DNA from: Candidatus Bathyarchaeota archaeon
GTDB taxonomy: Archaea > Thermoproteota > Bathyarchaeia > Bathyarchaeales > Bathycorpusculaceae
Direction: 5' to 3'
Length of the DNA: 64,000 nucleotides
Assembly: GCA_963833575.1 (NCBI GenBank)
Contig: CAWHXY010000004.1
Location: forward strand, 288,001 to 352,000
Shown: piece after piece, positions 39,389-48,492 of the stretch
Numbering within the stretch: position 1 is the first letter of the stretch
Layout of the letters: each line of letters opens with the position of its first letter
The notes under the pieces: generated by a model
The model's database searches: none
What the model saw: the letters and a program-made list of their open reading frames with translations, nothing else
Told to the model about the DNA's origin: nothing
Program-made: the position numbers and the translations under genes

Positions 39389-42043
39389 ATGTATATGGGT
39401 AATATCAGCAAGAGTTTGGCTTTGTTGCTTACTATAATCTTCTTAACATCTCTAGTTACACTTAGTTCGCATGTTCCACTAATGCCCTTAGTCAAAGGAC
39501 AAAATACTTGGAGCACCCAGACTGTAGCGACTGGCGGATCTTTTGGACCCATCTATATTGCTCTTGACTCGGATAATAATCCACACATCGCCTACAGTGG
39601 AGCAAATGGGTTGCTGTATTATGCTAGTTGGGACGGGTCAAAATGGAACATACAAAGCATCGTTCAAGGAGGCACTCCCAACCAGCTTCTATTAGACACG
39701 CATAACAATCCATATGTCCTCTATAAAGGGTCAAACGGCGTAACCTATTATGCGACTTGGAATGGGCTAAGCTGGGTTTTTCAGGCTGTACCTGAAGGCT
39801 ACGGATACTCTTTTGCCTTGGATTCAACAGGCACCCTACACGTAGCTTATGCGATGCAATTATTAGTTAGTGATTATCCTCAAGGAGTCACCAATGACAT
39901 TGCAATGTTAAAATATGCAAGTTGGACAGGATCAAACTGGATCATCCAAACCATAGACTCACCAATTAGCTACACTGACAGCATTTATCTTGCCTTTGAC
40001 CAACAAGATAACCCACACATAATGTATGGATATGACACTTATTATCCACCGAGCGGCGGTTATATTTCAACAGTTAAGTTTGCAGTTTGGAACGGTTCTA
40101 ATTGGAGTATCCAAACAGCCCTCTCTAATTTGGATTTCTTTGGAAACATGGTTTTAGATTCCAGCGGCGACACACATTTCATTTATGCAATTCACTATCC
40201 GCATGAAACAACTATCAATGCTACGTTGGGATATGCCATTTGGGATGGGGCAATATTGCGTACCCAACCCGTCATTTCGAATGCTGCTTTAGGCATGTTT
40301 GTAGGAGCGAACCTCGTTTTAGACGCTAATAATAATCCACACATCGAATTCTTCAATAGCTCAATAATGTACGCGAGCTTAACGGGCACAAACTGGAATA
40401 TCCAAACCGTTGCACCAAACAACTTTGCATATGGAGAGGGACCCCTGGCGTTGGACTCCAAGAATAACCCGTTTATCTGCTACTGGGTAGATGACATACG
40501 TAACACCACCGCTTTTGTGAGCCAATTACTCATTACCTCACCCACACTCCCGCATAATACTCAAAAGACGAATCCTTCGCCTACAAACCCTAATTCTCCA
40601 CCACCCATTTCAGCCTCTGCTTCCAAACTATGGAACTTCAAACCTGCTTACAGTGAAATCCTTTCTCCCGTTGTCGTAAATGGCTTCATTTATTTTTTGT
40701 CTGGAGACAGTGCATCATCCCCATTAGTCTTGTATTGCCTTGACGCTTCAACTGGCGCTCAAGTTTGGAATCATGCTGGATACCTTAATGGATTCACAGT
40801 TGCCAACGGCTACGTCTATGTTGGCGGCGCTTCTCAAGGGTCTTCTTTCTCTATGCAGGGAGTCATTTCCTGCCTGAATGCCAATAGTGGTGTTCAACTA
40901 TGGAATTATTCCGATGGTACAAGCTTTTCAACTCCTGTAGTTAACGGCGGCATAGTCTATGCTGGCGGATTCGGCTACACCCTATCCACAGGTGTAAACA
41001 TCGGCTTCATCTATGCTTTTAATTCATCAACGGGAGATAAACTGTGGAGTTTCTTAGGTCCAAAAAGTACCCGTTTTGATTCCCAAACCCTTGTTGTGGA
41101 AAACACAAACTTATACGCAATGAGCGCAGCCTACTCAGAACAAGACGCTTCATGGCAAAGCGGCATTTACGCATTCAATGCTTACACAAGTGAAAAACTA
41201 TGGAACTACACATCCCCAGGCCAATTTAGTTCCTTTGTAGCATCCGACCAAAACATATACGTTAGCTCCAATTTTGTGGACACCAGAAATTACATCGATG
41301 CTGAAAAGTCAGGCGGCTACGTTTACGAAGGCGGTGTCCTCGCATTAAATGCACAAAGTGGAACAAGAATCTGGAATTACTCAATCAACAATTCTGTGGG
41401 AATACCTGTTATTACAAATAATATGATTTATGTGGCTTCTGGCGACGGGGTCGTTTACTCTTTTAATGTAACAGACGGCTATGTGATTTGGAATTACACT
41501 TCTGGGACAGGCCTGGGTTCTCTTTTGTCAGCGAACAATTACCTTTATGTGGGTTCCTCCTCAGGCATCTACTGTTTCGACGAAGAGAGTGGCAAAGTTG
41601 TTTGGAATTTTGCAACCAGCGATTTCACTGGTTCTTCAGGCACTAATCCGACATTTGCTGACGGCATAATTTACTTGGGATGGAACGGACCCATGTTTTT
41701 CTCGCCTACAACTCAGCACAACTTTTACGCTCTTGATGCATGGACAGGGCAAAAACTTTGGAACTATACGCTGGGATATACGATATGGTCCTCTCCTGTA
41801 GTTGTAGGTGACATCGTTTACATAGGCTGCAATTTTGTAAGTACCAAAAGCCCAGATTATGAGAGCCCAGGTGCTGTTTATGCCCTCAAATCAAGCGTTG
41901 ACTCTTTACCGTTGGCTTCCCCTTCATCATCCCCAACATCAACACCCATAATCCCAGAGACAATACTTCTGTTATTTGTTATTGCAATAGTTACTATTGC
42001 CGGTTTAGTGGTTTACTTCAAGAAATACAAGGTTAAACATTGA
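39389..42043 (+). CDS. secreted double beta-propeller protein (PQQ/BamB-like C-terminal half), IPE-TM anchor
   Basis: ALDS.NNPHI repeats, then A..A.TG...WNY repeats; C-terminal IPET + TM + KK. Confidence 0.85.
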   Translation: MYMGNISKSLALLLTIIFLTSLVTLSSHVPLMPLVKGQNTWSTQTVATGGSFGPIYIALDSDNNPHIAYSGANGLLYYASWDGSKWNIQSIVQGGTPNQLLLDTHNNPYVLYKGSNGVTYYATWNGLSWVFQAVPEGYGYSFALDSTGTLHVAYAMQLLVSDYPQGVTNDIAMLKYASWTGSNWIIQTIDSPISYTDSIYLAFDQQDNPHIMYGYDTYYPPSGGYISTVKFAVWNGSNWSIQTALSNLDFFGNMVLDSSGDTHFIYAIHYPHETTINATLGYAIWDGAILRTQPVISNAALGMFVGANLVLDANNNPHIEFFNSSIMYASLTGTNWNIQTVAPNNFAYGEGPLALDSKNNPFICYWVDDIRNTTAFVSQLLITSPTLPHNTQKTNPSPTNPNSPPPISASASKLWNFKPAYSEILSPVVVNGFIYFLSGDSASSPLVLYCLDASTGAQVWNHAGYLNGFTVANGYVYVGGASQGSSFSMQGVISCLNANSGVQLWNYSDGTSFSTPVVNGGIVYAGGFGYTLSTGVNIGFIYAFNSSTGDKLWSFLGPKSTRFDSQTLVVENTNLYAMSAAYSEQDASWQSGIYAFNAYTSEKLWNYTSPGQFSSFVASDQNIYVSSNFVDTRNYIDAEKSGGYVYEGGVLALNAQSGTRIWNYSINNSVGIPVITNNMIYVASGDGVVYSFNVTDGYVIWNYTSGTGLGSLLSANNYLYVGSSSGIYCFDEESGKVVWNFATSDFTGSSGTNPTFADGIIYLGWNGPMFFSPTTQHNFYALDAWTGQKLWNYTLGYTIWSSPVVVGDIVYIGCNFVSTKSPDYESPGAVYALKSSVDSLPLASPSSSPTSTPIIPETILLLFVIAIVTIAGLVVYFKKYKVKH

Positions 42044-42259
42044 CTATTATTTTTCTTTATTTTGGATGTTAAACGTGCGTGTTCACATGCAAACGCGTAC
42101 TCTGTGAGCGCGAAAGTTAGACCCTGAGTCTTCTAAACAAGAAAAGGTACCTCAGCTAATTGTATCAAGCGCACATAGTGCTTATGTTGCGTATGTGTGT
42201 GTTGGCGAAACGATTATACGCTTTCGAGTTGTTGACGCTGGGTTCATAAATCTCTTGTC

Positions 42260-42883
42260 TCACAGCGTTTTTATCAGCGTTTCTATGTTGAAAAATGTGT
42301 TGGCACAACCGTTCTTTAGCAACGGAACAGATTGCCAAGGCATGCCCACACCACTCAACCATTCACCAGACATAAGCACTTCTGCACCGCATGCAACGCC
42401 CACAACACCCTCGTACTTCTTCTGCTTCAAAATATTAGGCATACAAGAACCCCCAGATAAAACGTAAACGTCGTACCCTTTTTCTCTAGCAATGCGTTCT
42501 GCCTTGTTGACACAACAATCAGGTGAGCAATGAGCACAAACGTAAGAGGGCAAGCTCGGCTCGAAAACTGCTTGGCATTGACTATCCATGTATTTTCTAC
42601 AGCAGTGAGGAAGGAAAAGAGCCCTTTTTTTAGTCTGCAGAAATTCCTGTCTCTCCACCAAATTCAAAGTTTGCATATGAAGGAAGTCTCTAATTAGTTC
42701 CACGGAATCTTGGATGTTAAGTCCAGTAATTTCCTGAATTCTGAATTTTCTGATTAAAACCATTAACATCCGTGAGGTTTTTGAGAAAACCTTGTCCATA
42801 CCCGTTTGGTTGGCGATGATGGCGAGTTCTATGAAAAAGTGTTGCGGAGCCTTCGAAATGTCGAAAGTAAACTTGTAGGGCAT
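42260..42883 (-). CDS. DUF116 domain protein
   Basis: LFLPHC, CAHCSPDC, LSGGS, VVGVAC, PLLKNGC. Confidence 0.85.
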   Translation of the reverse strand: MPYKFTFDISKAPQHFFIELAIIANQTGMDKVFSKTSRMLMVLIRKFRIQEITGLNIQDSVELIRDFLHMQTLNLVERQEFLQTKKRALFLPHCCRKYMDSQCQAVFEPSLPSYVCAHCSPDCCVNKAERIAREKGYDVYVLSGGSCMPNILKQKKYEGVVGVACGAEVLMSGEWLSGVGMPWQSVPLLKNGCANTFFNIETLIKTL

Positions 42884-43290
42884 AACTCAAAATAAACAAA
42901 GGGGCCAAACTTAAAAAGAGTATCTTGCCACGGCCAGATGGATTTGAAGTTTTGCTTTGTCGCATGCCTAAATCTCATATTCATAATGCCATTTTCTTGA
43001 GTGACTTCAGTCCCCACAGGAATAGAAAGAGGGGCTACTGGTGCTGACTAAAATAATAATAACAATAGTTAGGTATTGGTATGAGGAGTAAGAAACATAG
43101 TAAAACTTACCCCCTGCTAATTAAACAAAATAATGTTATTAGGGGTAAAAAATAATAGAAAAATTACCCCTCACAAAAACCAATCTAAAGGTAAAACCGA
43201 AACTAAGGGAAATGTCTTTGTTGTTTAATCGCTTTATAGGGAGGGTTGCTCAGTATAAGCGGTAGCGTTATGATTAAATGGTGATTGTAT

Positions 43291-43578
43291 ATGTCGGAAA
43301 AATCAAAAATTGTTTTCGTTGGAAATAAAATGCCGATGGATTATGTTATGGCAATTATGACAGGCTTGTCGGCGAATGATTCTAAAGAAATAACTTTGAA
43401 AGCGAGAGGAAAGGCAATAACTACAGCCGTTGACGCAGCCGAAATAGTGAGAAATCGCTTCCTAAAAGACCTGAAAGTACACAAAATCGCGATAGGAACA
43501 GAAGAGATGCCGGCGAGAGAGGGCGAAACCAGAACACGGATGGTTTCAACAATTGAAATAATGCTTACAAAAGCTTAG
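43291..43578 (+). CDS. albA: DNA/RNA-binding protein Alba (paralogue 2)
   Basis: VFVGNKMPMDYV, LKARGKAITTAVDAAEI, VSTIEI; GGTGA RBS. Confidence 0.92.
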   Translation: MSEKSKIVFVGNKMPMDYVMAIMTGLSANDSKEITLKARGKAITTAVDAAEIVRNRFLKDLKVHKIAIGTEEMPAREGETRTRMVSTIEIMLTKA

Positions 43579-43622
43579 AATATTTTGCGAAACACACGCT
43601 AAGTAAAACAAAAAGGACGGCA

Positions 43623-43673
43623 TGTTTTGGTCTTCTGCAGTCTGATTGAAAATCACGTTGCAGAACCAAGACA
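43623..43673. terminator. long imperfect hairpin between convergent genes
   Basis: TGTTTTGG..TTCTGCA..TGATT-GAA-AATCA..TGCAGAA-CCAAGACA. Confidence 0.45.
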
Positions 43674-43691
43674 AAATGCTTTCTCAGCTTT

Positions 43692-43901
43692 TTACATATT
43701 TGGGCTATTCTCTGACTTCTCTTTAAACTTCTTTTGCTTTAATTCCTTTCTTTTGACTTTGGCTCCATATCTTTTCCTAACGTAAATTGCCCTACAACTA
43801 TTGGCATGGTACATTTTTTTTGGATCATACGTTTTGAATACAATGCCGCAGGGGCAGGTTACACTGAGAACTTTACTGCTTAGTCTTTCGAAGTTTTCCA
43901 T
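43692..43901 (-). CDS. small basic zinc-finger-like protein
   Basis: CPCG...YHANSCR, Lys-rich tail. Confidence 0.6.
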   Translation of the reverse strand: MENFERLSSKVLSVTCPCGIVFKTYDPKKMYHANSCRAIYVRKRYGAKVKRKELKQKKFKEKSENSPNM

Positions 43902-44267
43902 ATCACTCTACCCAACAATTTTTACATTCAAGGAACTTGAGAAGAACCGTATCCACAGCATTATACTCAATGATTAAAGATAATAAGTCCTTCTTTTCCT
44001 CTTCAGCACTCCATAGATGCCCTAAAGACTAATTGTTCTAAAGTTACTCTTTTCTTTTTCAATCTTTCCACGCTTCTATTAGGTAGACAAGGCAACGCGA
44101 AAATGGCTCTTTGTAAGGCTATATTTTCTTGTACTGTTATCCCTATATACTCCGCAATGCTATAGCATAGACTTGTCAGAATTTTTTAAGAAGAAGAATA
44201 CAAGCCTATTCCAAGTTACTTTGTTTTCTCAAGACAGTTCTGACAAAAAATATGGAAGAAAATAACT

Positions 44268-44909
44268 TTGAACCATAAAAAACCAATCATAATCGAGCAC
44301 CTCGCCTATATTTCAGTGAAGCACCACGTTTACCTTTCAGAGCTCTATCAGGCTTTAGTTTCGGCAAGAGAAAGTGGAAAATCTACCTGTGAGACTTTAA
44401 CAATCAAGTACCGCGGAAACAAAACCGACCAAGCTATCTTTCTTATCACAAAAAGCAATATCGTCATAGCGCAGTTCCGAGTTGAGGAAGAATTTCTGCT
44501 TAGAAAGAACATAAGTTTTGAGAGCTGGCTGGATACTGACAAAATACGCAGACAAATAACTAAACAAAACCTCAGACTTGATTCGATGTTAATTCAAAAC
44601 TTGCGATACGGAATGAAGAAGGTTAATCTAACGGCGGAAGTTTTGGAAACCGAAAAAACCCACCTAATACACACCCAGTACGGAAACAGCGTCATGCTGA
44701 CTGGGGTCTGGATAGGTGATGAAACTGGAAAAGTCAAGCTTAGTCTCTGGGGCGAACAAGCAAACTTGCCAGTCATAGGTGACATAGTGCAAATCAAGCA
44801 TGCATCAGTACGAACTTTCAGGGGAGAACAACTTCTGAGTTTGGGAAAATTCGGTTCATTCAGCATTCTACGCTCGTTAATTGTTGATAATAGTAATGTG
44901 ACCGCATAA
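44268..44909 (+). CDS. protein with C-terminal SSB/RPA-like OB fold
   Basis: GMKKVNLTAEVLE, IGDETGKVKLSLWGEQ, FRGEQLLSLGKFG. Confidence 0.8.
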   Translation: MNHKKPIIIEHLAYISVKHHVYLSELYQALVSARESGKSTCETLTIKYRGNKTDQAIFLITKSNIVIAQFRVEEEFLLRKNISFESWLDTDKIRRQITKQNLRLDSMLIQNLRYGMKKVNLTAEVLETEKTHLIHTQYGNSVMLTGVWIGDETGKVKLSLWGEQANLPVIGDIVQIKHASVRTFRGEQLLSLGKFGSFSILRSLIVDNSNVTA

Positions 44910-45431
44910 AAGCTCTCCAATCTCTTTTAGAATTAGTGTCACTATCTAAGAGTGAAGAAGGAATTTTACACTTAACCCTGTCATCGGTCAAGCAATAAGA
45001 AAACTCCGACAAAAAGAGAAAACAGAAGGTTTAGAAAAATGAATTGGAGATTAATTAAAGTGAATTTATTCGCATGTCGGTTCTATTTGTTAAGAGAAAT
45101 TTCACATTTTAAGCATCAATTGCCAAGTTTTCAGATATTTTAGCAAGTTTGGTTTGCTTCTAAGTGCAATTGAAAGCAGTAGCCATTTTTCTTCATCGGA
45201 AAGAGCCCATAATTCAATAACTGACTCCAAAATTTCCTCAGTTATTATTATTCTTTCCGTATTAATTGAGATTTTTCTAGCGCGCCGCGCCCTCCTGAGT
45301 CGAAATGTCCTTTCAACCGATAGGAAGACTTAAAGAAAACAAGCTAACAATACGCATACAGAGCGGAAGAACTTGGAAAAACACAGCGACGACTTATTTA
45401 CTTTTACCTTTTTCGGTTTTGGTGAAAATAT

Positions 45432-45605
45432 ATGAAAGATTTTAAATGTCCAATATGTGGTGGACCAACTGAAAAGGTTTGGGAAAATGAAACTAAAACA
45501 AGATACGGAATGAAATGTAGAGATGGTCATAAAAACACCAATACCAAATCGGGTGGTTCACAAGAATACTCCGTGTTTCTTGTTTCAAGTGAAGAACTGG
45601 AATAG
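45432..45605 (+). CDS. small zinc-ribbon protein (57 aa)
   Basis: Manual ORF MKDFKCPICGG...MKCRDGH...EELE*; GGTGA RBS. Confidence 0.65.
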   Translation: MKDFKCPICGGPTEKVWENETKTRYGMKCRDGHKNTNTKSGGSQEYSVFLVSSEELE

Positions 45606-46171
45606 TTAGAGTTACTTGTCGAAGAGTCCCGTAGACACAGAGAGCTCAGTAATAAAACAGCAGATACACAAGCGAAAATGTGTCCACTTCTTAATGAAAT
45701 GCAGAACTCTGACGCTGGCAAAAGACATGATTAAGGGCGTATTTAATCCTCTGCTCCTCTCTGCGAAATGCACGAAACCGAAAACTGCTTATACACTACC
45801 CCCTCAGATAAGGATTAAAGGAAACAATGTTTCCATACACGATAAGAAATCAAATTTTTCGAATCAAAAAACTTTAGAGGTAGAAAAGAAATGACAACAA
45901 AAAAATCTAAAAAAAATCGCTTACCACCCAAAACAGACTCCAAACATAGACCCAAAGAGACCCAAAAGAAAAATCAAAACACCAACAAAAGAATTGAGAC
46001 ATTTTTACCCATTTCAAATGAAGAGATGCCCAAAGACTAACTAACCATGGTAAATAATTGGTGTGCCCTTTTCCCTTAACAGATATGTAAGCTCTGAGTA
46101 TATTCTCTTTTAGGTCTGCTGAGCAGATTCTACTGAGTGTCTAATACTGTACAGTTCCCCAGTAGTAGAAA

Positions 46172-46200
46172 GGGGTGTTCACTAAAATTTAATGCAGGGG
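46172..46200. repeat. cassette site D (core AAAATTT 46184-46190, reverse orientation or central substitution)
   Basis: GGGGTGTTCACT-AAAATTT-AATGCAGGGG. Confidence 0.7.
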
Positions 46201-46208
46201 CTTGCAGC

Positions 46209-46427
46209 TTAGAGTCCAAGGTGGTCGTGTAGGGTCTTCTGGCTTATGTCCGTCCACTCATGACCGCAGCTTTTGCACTTGAAAGTTACCCTAAAATTCT
46301 CGATACGTTCCCGCTTGTAGCCGCCCCTGTATCCAGGCTCCATAACCTCATATGGGTTTTCGAGCTGCTCACGTTTTACCTCTTTCGCCTGGAACAACCG
46401 ACCGCATGACGGGCATCTTTTGAACAT
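46209..46427 (-). CDS. small zinc-ribbon protein (sole gene between sites D and E)
   Basis: CPSCG...FKCKSCGHEW. Confidence 0.75.
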   Translation of the reverse strand: MFKRCPSCGRLFQAKEVKREQLENPYEVMEPGYRGGYKRERIENFRVTFKCKSCGHEWTDISQKTLHDHLGL

Positions 46428-46520
46428 GATTCCAGCTTCAATCAGGTATTGGAATTTTATGTCTTAAATGTTTGCCCCGCAATGTACGTTGTAATCGGGC
46501 ATGAAAGCCTTCCAAAATCA

Positions 46521-46550
46521 GTGTGTGTGCATTAAATTTTAATCTTTTTC
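46521..46550. repeat. cassette site E (core 46534-46540)
   Basis: GTGTGTGTGCATT-AAATTTT-AATCTTTTTC. Confidence 0.8.
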
Positions 46551-47531
46551 CCCTCTGCTTCTAACTAACTCCTACTTACTACTTCTCTTTACTATTACTC
46601 TCTACTCTTTCTCCTTATTTACACACAAGACAGACAAACAAAAAATCAAAAAAGAAAAGAAGATGTTTAGCTAAGGTTTCTTGGTGTGCCGCTTTTTTGC
46701 TGCCAATTCAATCGTGCAAAGGGTCACTGCCACTGCTGCAGCCGCAACTAAAATGAGCGCTGCACTGCTGAACTCAGGTACTGTCGGAGTAGAAGTTGCA
46801 GAAGTTGTCGGGCTAACGGAAGCAGATGCAGTTGGGCTTGATGACGCAGACGTAGTTTTAACGTACACGTTTCCTGTTTGAACTGCGGTGAAACCGTTGT
46901 TTGTGATTGTGAAATAATCGTCTTGAGTTATGCCTAGTACGCTATATATGCCTTCGAAAGTGGTTGAGTTGGTTATAGCCCAAGTGCCAGAATGGTTACT
47001 AAATAGTCCTGTGCCATTTTCATAAAGAATTATAGTGTATCCTGTTCCGCTTGAAGTTTGTTCCGCATACGTACCAGCCATACTTGACATAGTAGGTGTT
47101 GCACTTGCGTTGGCTGCTGACAAAGCAAAAATCGCGATGAGCATTAAACCTAGTAGCTTCCAAACTTTGACTTTCATGTTTATCCCTTAATGTTTCTTCG
47201 GTAGCACGCTATTGATACGTGCCCTAACTGGCTTAGTTTGTTTCAATAAACATAAAAAACTTTGCTATAAAAGCCTGAAGTAGCCTTATTGCGCGGTAAG
47301 TTAAACTAAATGAAAAGAAGTAGCGAATTGCTTAATATTTTAGACTTTAAACCATGCTTTCTTTCTTCGTTAACCGTCTTTGTTGTGAAAAAACAGAGCC
47401 CCTGCTTGTGAGGGGGTGCCCTTTAGGGTGATGTTCCTCACTAAGCGAGGTGTTTTTGCTTCACTATTTCAGCATGTGTGTTTGTCTTTGTCTGTCTGAC
47501 TTGTGTGTGCTAAAGGAGAGAGAAAAAGATT
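46541..47531. mobile_element. inverted-repeat-bounded single-gene cassette (E-F)
   Basis: Perfect 10-bp ends AATCTTTTTC/GAAAAAGATT, sub-terminal IRs at 46610-46643 and 47476-47520, flanked by AAATTTT direct repeats. Confidence 0.7.
46671..47177 (-). CDS. small secreted protein with Ser/Thr linker and PEF-CTERM-like anchor
   Basis: Signal peptide; VPEF + TM + KKRH. Confidence 0.8.
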   Translation of the reverse strand: MKVKVWKLLGLMLIAIFALSAANASATPTMSSMAGTYAEQTSSGTGYTIILYENGTGLFSNHSGTWAITNSTTFEGIYSVLGITQDDYFTITNNGFTAVQTGNVYVKTTSASSSPTASASVSPTTSATSTPTVPEFSSAALILVAAAAVAVTLCTIELAAKKRHTKKP

Positions 47532-47546
47532 AAATTTTAATCTTGG
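47522..47546. repeat. cassette site F (core 47532-47538)
   Basis: GAAAAAGATT-AAATTTT-AATCTTGG. Confidence 0.8.
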
Positions 47547-47653
47547 AGGTTCTACGCAGGAACCTATAGAGGGCCTATCCTCGCAGGTTCCGTTTTTTCG
47601 TTTTCTCTTCAGATAAGCTTTTACTTTGAAAATAAAAGCAAGTAATTGTAACT

Positions 47654-48205
47654 TTAGTTTAGTCCTTTAATGTTTGTGTCTTTAAGGTTAAATTCTATAT
47701 GGTAGGTTTGATTTTCAAAAATTGTCGTATAAATAATTCTAACGGGCCACAGAAGAACTTTATCTATGTAATATGTAGCGTTAATAGCTTGGTTGGTGTA
47801 ATCGTAGACTATGCAATCTCGGCTTCCTAAGCTTCTGACGGTTATTTTCGTATTATAGGTTCTTGCAAGTGTCATACCTTTAGGCTGAAAGTTGATGTTT
47901 GTTTTATTGACCCACAAAGTAGTTTGGTCGGATAATGTTGGCGCAAAAGATGTGGCAATTGATGAGTTTGTCTTGATTTGCACGTGGGTGGCGTTTAAGT
48001 CAGTAATTTGTATCGTTTCGTTTACGCTACTTGGTATAGAAATGGAGTCTATTTGGCCTTCATATGTTGCATATGCCCCTTTAAACATCCAAGACTCAGC
48101 CATGCTGTGCTGGGAATTATCCATAAGTTGGATTCCAATAATCAAAACTAATGATGAAATGGCTAAAACGATAGCGAACCCAACAATTATCCAACCTTTT
48201 CCCAT
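47654..48205 (-). CDS. membrane-anchored hypothetical protein (sole gene between sites F and G)
   Basis: N-terminal TM, WMFKGAYATY, L.DTNI end. Confidence 0.75.
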   Translation of the reverse strand: MGKGWIIVGFAIVLAISSLVLIIGIQLMDNSQHSMAESWMFKGAYATYEGQIDSISIPSSVNETIQITDLNATHVQIKTNSSIATSFAPTLSDQTTLWVNKTNINFQPKGMTLARTYNTKITVRSLGSRDCIVYDYTNQAINATYYIDKVLLWPVRIIYTTIFENQTYHIEFNLKDTNIKGLN

Positions 48206-48397
48206 ACTTAGCTAAGGAATGAATTGCGTTAAAAGGGTTATCACGTTTAACAATTTTCCCTCTCCTTTAAGGATATGTCCAGAAACCTCAGCAAACCATT
48301 TTATTTTTTAGGTTAAACCAAAATTGGCAATATGGTGAATAGTCAAAATCAACCGTTAAATTAACCCACGATAAGACCCTTTCAAACGCGAGACAAA

Positions 48398-48422
48398 TCA
48401 TGGTAAAATTTTAATGCCAGAA
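48398..48422. repeat. cassette site G (core 48406-48412), junction with conserved chromosome
   Basis: CATGGTA-AAATTTT-AATGCCAGAA. Confidence 0.65.
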
Positions 48423-48492
48423 ATCCCTTGAATATGCGCTTAACTTTTTAACCTTAACGACATATTTGCATGTGAAAGAGAGAGGGTTTGGC

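Noticed and set aside
7461-48422. CRISPR interpretation of either repeat family
   Set aside because: Repeats are degenerate, separated by 0.3-7 kb gene-bearing intervals, and no cas genes are present.
37961-48422. Calling the AAATTTT-core site the chromosomal XerA dif site
   Set aside because: The symmetry axis gives an odd (5 or 7 bp) spacer, not the 6-bp spacer of characterised dif sites; it cannot be supported from sequence alone.
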